In this document: positions 26,870 to 34,793 of the stretch, piece after piece
How the letters are laid out: each line of letters opens with the position of its first letter
How positions within the stretch are numbered: position 1 is the first letter of the stretch
Virus record (IMG/VR): IMGVR_UViG_3300005805_000211
Coordinates: 1-38,189 of that record
DNA: 38,189 bases
DNA from: a virus
Taxonomy: Duplodnaviria > Caudoviricetes
Reading direction: 5' to 3' (one strand)
The notes under the pieces: generated by a model
What the model was told of the DNA's origin: nothing
The model's input: the letters and a program-made list of their open reading frames with translations, nothing else
Databases searched by the model: none
Translations under genes and position numbers: made by a program

Positions 26870-27148
26870 ATGATAAGCGAGATTAGAAAACAAATAAACG
26901 AACACCTAGAAAACATAGGCGAAAATGCCCTGCTTATGGACGGATTTGATGAGGCGTTAATCGGGTTCTCTCAGAGAATAAACGAACCTTTATTGGCAGT
27001 TTATTCGTGGGAAAAAATGATGAACGTGTGCATGAAACGTGACGGCATGACTGAGGACGAAGCAGACGAATATATATCCTATAACTGCATTGGTGCTTGG
27101 GTCGGCGAGCAGACTCCAATTATTGTTATGCCACTGAATATCTACTAA
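26870..27148 (+). CDS. conserved small phage protein
   Basis: DGFDEALIG...AVYS...EA.EY..YN.IGAWVGE.TP motif. Confidence 0.85.
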   Translation: MISEIRKQINEHLENIGENALLMDGFDEALIGFSQRINEPLLAVYSWEKMMNVCMKRDGMTEDEADEYISYNCIGAWVGEQTPIIVMPLNIY

Positions 27149-27266
27149 TAGATAACTTAGAAACGAGGAATAATCAAATCATGAAAGTTATCTATTATGT
27201 ACTATTTGTGACTCTGTATGTTTTGAGGATAGACGTACTGCCACGACTGGTACTACTAATAGATAA

Positions 27267-27626
27267 CTATTTGCGACCACCCGAATTACGGCTACTTAAG
27301 TCCACGCTTCTATTCTCATTGTCTTTGAGTGAGATAGCGTTTAAGGCTCGCTCCATAGTGCGCACTAGAGCCACCAATGCAGACACGGCTAGAGCCTCTA
27401 GGAACGTCAGAGTCCACGAGATAGCACCAGCGTCACGCAAGACGCTAAGAACTCCGAGTAAAGAAAACGAATAGACCAAAGAAATTCCAGCAAAGCCAAA
27501 CAGAGCCCCGCCCAAAACGCCGAATGACGGGGCTTTTTTAGAAGCTTCTGGGACCAGTGAAGAATATTTGGAAAATTGATTTAATTCTCTTTTTGATGAT
27601 GTTGTGTACCCGGGCGGCGGTTTCAT
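27267..27626 (-). CDS. hypothetical membrane protein
   Basis: AAGGA SD; two hydrophobic segments. Confidence 0.7.
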   Translation of the reverse strand: MKPPPGYTTSSKRELNQFSKYSSLVPEASKKAPSFGVLGGALFGFAGISLVYSFSLLGVLSVLRDAGAISWTLTFLEALAVSALVALVRTMERALNAISLKDNENRSVDLSSRNSGGRK

Positions 27627-27684
27627 AAATTTCCTTTATTTAAGATGACGGTGGTGGATGACCATCTGGTTTCCGCGGAACGTT

Positions 27685-28059
27685 TTAAATTTCTTCATTT
27701 TTTTTAACTATTTGATGAACCCGCTGCCGGCTCAAATCAAAAACATCTGCAATCTCACGCAGGGATTTACCTGCGCTGCGCATTTCATGGATTTGTGAAT
27801 TCCTGTTGATGTCTGTTGCTGGACCAGGCTTGAATGGGCCCCATTGCCAATTTTGAATTTTTTGAATTTTTTGGATTCTGTCTTCTGACAATTGATTTTT
27901 ACGATATCGCTGTCTGATATATCCGACCCAAGCTCCCAGTGAAATTTCATTTTCTTGAAATTTTTCAATGTGCGCAGCCGGAATTTGAGAATCACCTTCT
28001 CTCTGAATGTATTGCTCAAGAGCCTGGATATATGTACTGAATCGTGTGTCGTTGTCCAT
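27685..28059 (-). CDS. helicase-associated (HA) domain plus sigma-region-4-like HTH protein
   Basis: LGAWV..IRQRYRKNQLSEDRI...W.W, then SLREIADVFDLSRQRVHQI; leaderless start at 28059 after TAGTGT. Confidence 0.8.
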   Translation of the reverse strand: MDNDTRFSTYIQALEQYIQREGDSQIPAAHIEKFQENEISLGAWVGYIRQRYRKNQLSEDRIQKIQKIQNWQWGPFKPGPATDINRNSQIHEMRSAGKSLREIADVFDLSRQRVHQIVKKNEEI

Positions 28060-28072
28060 AACCACAACACTA

Positions 28073-28090
28073 GACGAACAGGTGTTCGTC
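28073..28090. promoter_or_regulatory. putative LexA (SOS) box
   Basis: GACGAAC-AGGT-GTTCGTC immediately upstream of the -10 of the 28059 gene. Confidence 0.7.
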
Positions 28091-28198
28091 CCAAGCACAT
28101 GTCCAAAAATTGATAGAAACATTCTTTTAATAATGGTTGACATTTTAATGGCTGCTGGATAGAGTTAAGGGCACTACTACTACCTATCACCGTGGAGG

Positions 28199-28621
28199 AT
28201 GATCATGTCCCAAGAGACCCTAAAAGGCAGAGAAAAGATAGGCAAGTCCATAAGACTTATCTATACCGACGACCCGTACACCAAACTTAAACCTGGCGCT
28301 ATGGGTAGGGTAACCCGAGTTGCATCCCTTGGTGGGCAAATCACTGTTGGTGTGCGCTGGGAAGACGGCTCAGGTTTGTCCCTTATTGACGGTATTGATT
28401 CGTGGCACGTTCTCTCGGATGAAGAAGAGTTTGTCCTGCAAATGGAGAAATATGTGGGCGCTGCCTACAGCTTCCTTTCGGCGTGGCAATCAATAGAAGA
28501 CAGCTCTGACCTGCAAAAGATTATTGACGAAATTAAATGGCCCTTTGCAATGTCCTTTGACGAATACGCCGCCGAGATGAATCATCATCTAGATTCCATC
28601 AAAGATAAATTAAAAAAATAG
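28199..28621 (+). CDS. DUF4314-like domain protein
   Basis: IRLIYTDDPY..L.PG..G.V...V.WEDGSGLSLI.G.D motif; start may be 28205. Confidence 0.8.
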   Translation: MIMSQETLKGREKIGKSIRLIYTDDPYTKLKPGAMGRVTRVASLGGQITVGVRWEDGSGLSLIDGIDSWHVLSDEEEFVLQMEKYVGAAYSFLSAWQSIEDSSDLQKIIDEIKWPFAMSFDEYAAEMNHHLDSIKDKLKK

Positions 28622-28694
28622 CGCGCCGCCGCCCGGCCGCGGATCGGTCAAAAAAATCAAAAATTTAAACAAAAGATCGGAGGGTCTTCTTCAG

Positions 28695-28904
28695 ATGCAG
28701 GAATATTTGCTAGCTAACCGAGAAAATTTAATCAGAGAAAAAGAAAAAAAGAGAATCATGATGGCGCTGCGTCTGGCAAGTCAAGCCCGCATCAAATATG
28801 GAGACGGCGCCTTGGACCACCTAGCTGAGATTATAGTTAAAGAGTTAACAGAAGAAGAGGTTCAAAAATTAATAGAGAATTTAGAAAAAACTAAACAAAG
28901 CTGA
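28695..28904 (+). CDS. hypothetical protein
   Basis: ORF in a plus-strand run. Confidence 0.6.
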   Translation: MQEYLLANRENLIREKEKKRIMMALRLASQARIKYGDGALDHLAEIIVKELTEEEVQKLIENLEKTKQS

Positions 28905-28941
28905 GTCAATGTGACTCAAGAAAGATGAGCGGGATCTTTAT

Positions 28942-29397
28942 ATGGAAGAGAAAAAAAGAAAATACAAAACTGTCAAAGGGAACAATGCATTTGAGGAAAT
29001 GCTTAGAAAAGAACAATTGAATCCAGAGCTCATTGATGAAGTAATGGACAAGGTTCAGGAAGCAGAAGCAGATGTACATAATATTATTTTCATCTTCACT
29101 GATGACAACCTTGCGGTTACCGGCGTGCACGTGCCGAAGTCGGCGTTAAACGGCGAGAACGGTCCCATTATTTTTAAGAATTCCAAACCCAATTGTTTGA
29201 CTGCAGCCTTCGCCCGAGAATATATTGAGGAGCGAATACAAAGAGCTGATGAAGTGGGAGAAGAAGCGGGGCTTGGCGAAGTCATCGCCGACCAAGTCTG
29301 GATCTCCGAGTTGGAAAGAATGGTTGAGGAGGTTAGACTAAAAATACAAACTTCTCCTCCCAGGGACTGGGATGAATTACTAAAAGAGGGAAATTAA
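28942..29397 (+). CDS. hypothetical protein
   Basis: 151 aa ORF. Confidence 0.75.
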   Translation: MEEKKRKYKTVKGNNAFEEMLRKEQLNPELIDEVMDKVQEAEADVHNIIFIFTDDNLAVTGVHVPKSALNGENGPIIFKNSKPNCLTAAFAREYIEERIQRADEVGEEAGLGEVIADQVWISELERMVEEVRLKIQTSPPRDWDELLKEGN

Positions 29398-30095
29398 TGT
29401 TGACGGTGGTGGAAGAGATGGGGAACGACGGACCAAGATGGTGGCAGGATGCTGCCTCTATTGTAATTTGTGATATTTTTAATAATTCTTCGCTCGAGAA
29501 GATCGTCCGGCATCTGGATGAGCTCGAAGAAATTGGGAAAAAAAACGAAAAAAATGCAAAAAAGTTATCTATCCCGGCCGGCGGCCCAGACGTCCAGGAA
29601 TCGGAGAAATTCCTTAATTCCCATTTTGATGGAATGCTGAATAATTATAAGTTCTTTAACTCAGACTATGCATATTGGGTTGATGAATGGCGACAGCTGG
29701 GTTGTTTGGCCGCTGCGGCAGGGATTAAAAATGGCAATTTTTTAGCAATTTCCCCGGATCCTGGATCCGGCCATCAGCACCCAGAAAATTTTAAAAAAAC
29801 AGCTAATTCCGCGTCGGTGGAATTTGACAGCTGGATGATTCGCGACACCATTCTTGAGACCCTTATCAGGAAGCAAAGAGACTATGGTCATGAAAACATA
29901 TCCAGATTTGGGCGCTTCGGTCTACTGGTGCGGACCCATGACAAACTAGCCAGACTCCGCAATCTGCAGGCGACTCAGAATTCGCCAGAGAACGAATCCA
30001 TCATTGATACATACACAGACATAGTTGGGTACTCGGCAATTGGGATGATGCTGGAGAGAAATTGGTTTAGCTTAAATCTGAAGATAGAATTTTAA
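29397..30095 (+). CDS. DUF1599 / nucleotide-modification-associated domain protein
   Basis: RKQRDYG..NI...G..VR..DKLARL.NL...ES..DT..DIVGY motif; start may be 29418. Confidence 0.8.
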   Translation: MLTVVEEMGNDGPRWWQDAASIVICDIFNNSSLEKIVRHLDELEEIGKKNEKNAKKLSIPAGGPDVQESEKFLNSHFDGMLNNYKFFNSDYAYWVDEWRQLGCLAAAAGIKNGNFLAISPDPGSGHQHPENFKKTANSASVEFDSWMIRDTILETLIRKQRDYGHENISRFGRFGLLVRTHDKLARLRNLQATQNSPENESIIDTYTDIVGYSAIGMMLERNWFSLNLKIEF

Positions 30096-30161
30096 TTAGT
30101 CATTAAAAATAATTACTAGATCGACTACTGTTTACATGACGGTGGTGGAAGAGGAGATGAA

Positions 30162-30350
30162 ATGGGAATAGTTATAGGCACCCTTATCTACAAGGCCGGC
30201 AAGCGCCGCGCTAACAAAAAAAGAGATAAGCAAGACAAGAAAAAACAAGAGTTCGAAAACTGGGGTAACCACGAATCCACCAGGGCAATGTACGACTATT
30301 ACAACGGCGGCGACACATCAGCCATGGATGAGTACTATGCAAACAAATAA
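30162..30350 (+). CDS. hypothetical protein
   Basis: GAGGAG SD. Confidence 0.65.
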   Translation: MGIVIGTLIYKAGKRRANKKRDKQDKKKQEFENWGNHESTRAMYDYYNGGDTSAMDEYYANK

Positions 30351-30600
30351 CCCAGATCAACCCTTTGAGGAAGACATCCAGGAAATGCGTGCTGAATTCG
30401 AAAGAAATTCAATTCTTGATGCTGAAGAAGAGAAAGCTTACAAAGCTGAAAAATCTCAAGAAAACAAGAAGCCCGATTACCTGTCCGATCTAACCACCAA
30501 GATAGGAATATCCGGTAACAAGGCTAATAAAATTATTCAAAATTTGCTTACAGGGGAAGGCCCTGTGAGACCCTTTAAGGAGGAAGATGATCTCTCTTAA
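30328..30600 (+). CDS. hypothetical protein
   Basis: Part of an operon; start uncertain. Confidence 0.6.
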   Translation: MSTMQTNNPDQPFEEDIQEMRAEFERNSILDAEEEKAYKAEKSQENKKPDYLSDLTTKIGISGNKANKIIQNLLTGEGPVRPFKEEDDLS

Positions 30601-30994
30601 ATTATTTTTATTTATTATTACATTCACCATACTGGGATGGAACCTCCACGCCGTGTGGGAGCGCGCTCGAATCTGGCAGCGCTACAAAAAAAATCAAAAA
30701 AATCATGAAAGAGGACACCGGGCGGCCAGACGAATGCATCCCACAAATCGCGATTGGCCAAAAGATCCGGTAGTGGATCTATCAAGAAAATCAAAAATTT
30801 ATGACGTCCAAAAAGAGCTCTGGCCAGAAATGGCAAAATTAAAAGAAAACAGAAAAAAATGGGCATATGATGCCGGCCCTAGGTTTAAACCAGACAGCAC
30901 AGTCACGCCAATCCAGGACACAACGTTCTACAAACAGATGCACATCAAACGAAAGCGGTGGGGCAGCCCCAGCGGCGGGCAGTGGTTTATTTAA
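30587..30994 (+). CDS. hypothetical protein with N-terminal TM segment
   Basis: AAGGAGG SD. Confidence 0.7.
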   Translation: MISLKLFLFIITFTILGWNLHAVWERARIWQRYKKNQKNHERGHRAARRMHPTNRDWPKDPVVDLSRKSKIYDVQKELWPEMAKLKENRKKWAYDAGPRFKPDSTVTPIQDTTFYKQMHIKRKRWGSPSGGQWFI

Positions 30995-31093
30995 AAAGTG
31001 GACCCGGGGGAATCAACACCACCTACCACAACGGAGACTCAACCCCGGGTCCTGCACCTTCGGCGATTGGGGAACTATGCCGAACGGAGCCCC
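30993..31093 (-). ncRNA. candidate ~100-nt sRNA
   Basis: Extended -10 TGGTAAATT upstream, two hairpins with anti-SD/anti-leader loops, terminal U tract. Confidence 0.5.
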
Positions 31094-31185
31094 GTTAATT
31101 TACCACACTCTTTTATTTAAAACTGTAAATATTTATTGTTTATTTTCCCCCAGATTAATTTTTTTAAAAAATCCCCTCCAGGTCC

Positions 31186-31214
31186 TTGACGGTGGTGGAT
31201 GACTCTGGTAGGTT
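31186..31214 (+). promoter_or_regulatory. sigmaA promoter containing the 16-mer
   Basis: TTGACG-N17-TAGGTT. Confidence 0.55.
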
Positions 31215-31514
31215 GCTAACCCATCTGGTCCAATAGGCCCAGGTACCAATGTGACGTCACAATCACTGAAACCTACACGCCCTGAAACACTTTCTGGAAA
31301 CAGAAGGTTTAGTTAAAGTCGTCCAAAAATCAGTTGGTACAAATTTAAAGGTTTTCCCCCAGACCCCCTTTCCAAAGGGGGCTTCTTCTTGGATTACTAC
31401 GGTAATTATTTTACGTAGTTATTAGTGTTCTTATTTACGAAATTAATCCTTTCGTAAGGCGAAAAAACAAAAACCGTTTTTCCCATTTTTGGTACTTATT
31501 TTTCACTCTATGTA

Positions 31515-31543
31515 TTGACGGTGGCGGATGACCCTAGTAGTAT
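31515..31543 (+). promoter_or_regulatory. leaderless sigmaA promoter containing the 16-mer
   Basis: TTGACG-N17-TAGTAT, ATG 6 nt later. Confidence 0.75.
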
Positions 31544-31549
31544 CTTGCT

Positions 31550-31918
31550 ATGGGGAAACGTGGTCCATCCGAACACAACAAAACAAAAACCGCCGCAGCA
31601 AAACTTGTTCCGAAAGAAGAGAAATTAGAAATATTTGACTTTTGGAAACTAACGTTCGATAAGTCTCGGGTCAGCATGGATGCTAAGCGCGAGGCAGCAA
31701 TCGGTTGGGCAATCTATACCTATGGCATAGAAGCATGCCGGCAAGCAATCCTTGGCTGTGCGTCGTCACCCTTCCACATGGGCCAGAACAAAGCCGGCAA
31801 GACATACAACGGCATAGACTTGATATTCAGGGACGCTGAACACGTCGAGATGTTTATAGAGCGCTATGAGCTATCTACGAAATCAAACGGCCGCGATGAA
31901 TGGATCAATAATGGATAA
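31550..31918 (+). CDS. phage replication initiator-like (C-terminal domain) protein
   Basis: IFDFW...R...I...YG.E.C..AI.G...SPFHMG.N...Y.GIDLIFR pattern; upstream of a loader-like gene. Confidence 0.6.
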   Translation: MGKRGPSEHNKTKTAAAKLVPKEEKLEIFDFWKLTFDKSRVSMDAKREAAIGWAIYTYGIEACRQAILGCASSPFHMGQNKAGKTYNGIDLIFRDAEHVEMFIERYELSTKSNGRDEWINNG

Positions 31919-32393
31919 ATCTGAATTAGCAAACCTAGTAGATCAGGTATACGCCACGTACAACCAAGAGCTCCCAGTAGGGGATAAGGCCAGGCTTCAG
32001 CTCGTCTACAAGTCTTGGTACGATCTACTCCATGACCTGAGCTACACGGACTGTAAGGAGTCTTTCTTAATGCTCGCCACTACTTCTACATTTATGCCTA
32101 GGGCGGGGGATATACGACGTACAACAATTAATAGGCGTACAAAAATTAGGGAATTCGATGAACCTATTATTGCTTGGGGTAAATTTCATCGCCTAATGGA
32201 GGATGCCAATGCGGGTGTGATGAATCAACAAGAACTACAGGAACCTCTCGTACAGACCGTGCGTAAGTTGGGTGCTGCTGCCGCAGGGATGCATACCAAT
32301 GGGGATAGGGAACACTTTATCCGAGTGTATGAAAAAATAATAAATGAAATAGAAGGGGAAAAATATAAAGTCCCTTCTCAGATTGAGGAATAA
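31911..32393 (+). CDS. helicase loader/inhibitor (G39P-like)
   Basis: Y.....W.DLL.DLSY..C......TSTFMP..GDIR; AW motif. Confidence 0.65.
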   Translation: MDKSELANLVDQVYATYNQELPVGDKARLQLVYKSWYDLLHDLSYTDCKESFLMLATTSTFMPRAGDIRRTTINRRTKIREFDEPIIAWGKFHRLMEDANAGVMNQQELQEPLVQTVRKLGAAAAGMHTNGDREHFIRVYEKIINEIEGEKYKVPSQIEE

Positions 32394-32543
32394 ATGTTTG
32401 GTTATTCTATTTGGCAATTATTATTACTCTGTTGGTCGTCAATATTTATTTGGAATGTTTCTTTCTCCCCTCGTTCATTCCCTAAAAAAATTGTGCTTAT
32501 TACTCTTGTGGTAGTTGCAATGAGGAATTTAGTACTGAACTAA
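32394..32543 (+). CDS. small membrane protein (49 aa, not in ORF track)
   Basis: GAGGA SD; two hydrophobic stretches. Confidence 0.55.
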   Translation: MFGYSIWQLLLLCWSSIFIWNVSFSPRSFPKKIVLITLVVVAMRNLVLN

Positions 32544-32552
32544 ATTCTGGGT

Positions 32553-32720
32553 ATGAAACGAAACCCAGGCCGGCCAGTCGTCATCCCTGACAAGCCAGTA
32601 GTGACACTTACTCTCAGGGTAACAAAAGAATTTAAGCAGAAATTAATTGATCAATCATCTGCTGTTGATCTGACGCTCACCGCCTACATACAGGCGTTGG
32701 TTGAGCGCGATGGGTCGTAA
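32553..32720 (+). CDS. ribbon-helix-helix DNA-binding protein (55 aa, not in ORF track)
   Basis: GRP...VTLTLRVTKEFKQKL...DLTLTAYIQALV. Confidence 0.75.
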   Translation: MKRNPGRPVVIPDKPVVTLTLRVTKEFKQKLIDQSSAVDLTLTAYIQALVERDGS

Positions 32721-33054
32721 GTCTCAAAAGACCAGATTCCCCAATAGATGGACGGGAATAACCCTGCGACTAAAGGGTGAAGAAAAAAATCGAATACTAG
32801 AAGCTGCAAATAAAAAAGGAATATCTGTAAATCAGTTTATTCTTTATGCTGTTTGGGATTTCATTCGAAACGAAAAGGGAATCCCCTCGCCCGGAAATGC
32901 GCAATTCGCTTTACCAACAGTACAAGAAGAGGTACTCGCTTATCTGCGCGGGGAGACATTAATGAAACCGTGCGGCAAAAAAGATTGCAATCAAATAATT
33001 ACCCAATTAAATGAGATGAATTTTTGTGAGACTTGTAATCTGCGAATTTTGTAG
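32710..33054 (+). CDS. ribbon-helix-helix protein with C-terminal Cys cluster
   Basis: GITLRLKGEEKNRILEAANKKGISVNQFI; CGKKDC and CETC. Confidence 0.75.
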   Translation: MGRKSQKTRFPNRWTGITLRLKGEEKNRILEAANKKGISVNQFILYAVWDFIRNEKGIPSPGNAQFALPTVQEEVLAYLRGETLMKPCGKKDCNQIITQLNEMNFCETCNLRIL

Positions 33055-33118
33055 TTAATAAACACAAAAAAACAAAAAAAATCAAAAACAAACTCGCGCG
33101 CAAACTTTTTGGCCTTTT

Positions 33119-33493
33119 TTATGATTGCCACATTTGCGCAAGTGTTGGTCTACTCGGTTTTTGTTTTCTTCTTCTCTGTTCTGCTGCTAGTTGTCGACTG
33201 GTCAGACCAGCCCAGACACCATGCATATCCGCAGCCGGGAACTCTAGTGCGTACTCCAAACAGTAGTTGCGAACTGGGCATGCTTTGCAGATGGCTCTAG
33301 CCTGTGCAATGTAGGTAATGTCCTTATGTTGTTTAGGAAACATAAGTTCGGTCTTTCCTTTACATGCTGCTGATTTAAACCAATCTTTTTTTTCTATATA
33401 CAGTGCTGTAATAGGTATTGTTTCTTTTTTATCTAATTCTTTTTGGGTAATTTTTTTACTAGCCACCGTACGCACTCTCCTAAAAAAGAGCAT
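33119..33493 (-). CDS. whiB: WhiB-family transcriptional regulator
   Basis: W...AAC, AICKACPVRNYC and GVWAG motifs; the true start is probably further downstream. Confidence 0.92.
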   Translation of the reverse strand: MLFFRRVRTVASKKITQKELDKKETIPITALYIEKKDWFKSAACKGKTELMFPKQHKDITYIAQARAICKACPVRNYCLEYALEFPAADMHGVWAGLTSRQLAAEQRRRKQKPSRPTLAQMWQS

Positions 33494-33550
33494 TATTACT
33501 CTCTCTAGGTAATTACTACTATGTAAATACTGAAACCAAGTGTCAAGTAG

Positions 33551-33823
33551 ATGTGGATATTTGGTAGGTGTGTTATCATCTCATTCATGAGTTCTTTATA
33601 TGATCAAGACCCAAAAACCATCCATATGTATGAGCAAGAAGCTGTTAATTTCCTTATGGGTAGTGGGCAAATAACTCACGAGGACATCGATACAACAATA
33701 GAAAACAGCAACAAATATTCGCTTGTAAAGATGACCGCAATCAACTTATTTCATACCGCCAAGATGCGTACCTGGAGTGATGTACAAAACATTAGGGCTG
33801 GTAAGGGAGATTATCTCTACTAG
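33551..33823 (+). CDS. hypothetical protein
   Basis: ORF; probable start is the ATG near 33587. Confidence 0.55.
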   Translation: MWIFGRCVIISFMSSLYDQDPKTIHMYEQEAVNFLMGSGQITHEDIDTTIENSNKYSLVKMTAINLFHTAKMRTWSDVQNIRAGKGDYLY

Positions 33824-33928
33824 TAACTACTCCCCCTTATTCATAGAGACCTATTTAGGGGTATAGGAGTATTCGGTACTAAGCAACGTGGATGCTTATA
33901 AATAGCGGCGCGATGTCTTTGCCTCTAG

Positions 33929-34549
33929 TTATTTTGACTTCTCCTGACCCTGTATCAGGGTGTGATATGGAGCGCCTGTATATGGGTCGAACTTTGAAGC
34001 TACCGATATCGCTTTGGTCGCCATTTTTCTAGCGGCCGCAAGGGTCAATTTACCTTTGGGGTAGGAGCCGTAGATAGCTCCAAGCGCATATTGGGCTCCG
34101 GTGCCTATCGTGAACACTCCACTGGAGTCGGAAATCCATGAATAATCGCCGTCGATAACATAGATGGCTCCATTAATGGCCATAATAACGGTAGATGCAT
34201 GTTCGGCAATATGTGTTTTAGAACTGTTGTCAGGTAATGCATAGCCGTGTGCCTCAAAGCATTCTCTCAGGGCTGGGATAAATTTAACTGTAACAAAATG
34301 GTCCAGCTTCCTACCTCGAAGTGAAGGGGCTGGGTTTGGGGGGATAAACGCATGATGCAAAATATTGATCGCTCTTAAATCCCCGGCGGCACCAAGAATG
34401 TACTTACCATTCACCCCTATTTTGCCATTGGATTCCCTCAAGCTAACTATTTGGGATATCGTGCCGCCATCTTCTTCGACGTCTGATATACGCGAATCAG
34501 CAGTAACAACACAGAACCCATCTCCTTGAATTCCGATGATTGTTGTCAT
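33929..34549 (-). CDS. proteasome-beta/HslV-like Ntn-hydrolase
   Basis: N-terminal MTTIIG, ADSRIS, AG, IGTGA..A.GA, D..TG. Confidence 0.85.
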   Translation of the reverse strand: MTTIIGIQGDGFCVVTADSRISDVEEDGGTISQIVSLRESNGKIGVNGKYILGAAGDLRAINILHHAFIPPNPAPSLRGRKLDHFVTVKFIPALRECFEAHGYALPDNSSKTHIAEHASTVIMAINGAIYVIDGDYSWISDSSGVFTIGTGAQYALGAIYGSYPKGKLTLAAARKMATKAISVASKFDPYTGAPYHTLIQGQEKSK

Positions 34550-34550
34550 T

Positions 34551-34793
34551 TTAGTTAAAGTCTTTTCCCTTATTTTTTATATCTTGCATCTTTGTCGCTT
34601 CATCGAGAAGCGTTGCGATTGAGTCATAAAGATCATCACCAATAGCGGCTCTATCTATAACTGACTTTGTTTTTGGGGTTAATCCATAAAGCCATTCCCC
34701 CTCCTCATTTATCCCTACAACATCGATGAAGCCGGCCTCTTTAAGGAATTCGAGGTCTTGGATGAGTGTTTCGTTCCATTCTTCTTCGTTCAT
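34551..34793 (-). CDS. hypothetical protein
   Basis: ATGA overlap. Confidence 0.7.
   Translation of the reverse strand: MNEEEWNETLIQDLEFLKEAGFIDVVGINEEGEWLYGLTPKTKSVIDRAAIGDDLYDSIATLLDEATKMQDIKNKGKDFN

Larger units (their letters stand above)
173..27268. repeat. dispersed 12-mer TAATAGATAACT (about 60 copies by eye)
   Basis: Examples near 2003, 3068, 5581, 8208, 11330, 13657, 16492, 23772, 23797, 23815, 26828 and 27257. Confidence 0.95.
16700..31531 (+). repeat. dispersed polar 16-mer TGACGGTGGTGGAWGA (8 copies)
   Basis: At 16700, 20368, 22944, 27646, 29401, 30137, 31187 and 31516 (one mismatch). Confidence 0.9.

Noticed and set aside
27097-27474. Plus-strand ORF
   Set aside because: It overlaps the better-supported minus-strand membrane protein gene and runs through 12-mer repeats.
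16700-31531. 16-mer as a Chi site (resembles GCTGGTGG)
   Set aside because: It is not an exact match, conservation extends over 16 nt, the copies are intergenic, and the likely host is actinobacterial.
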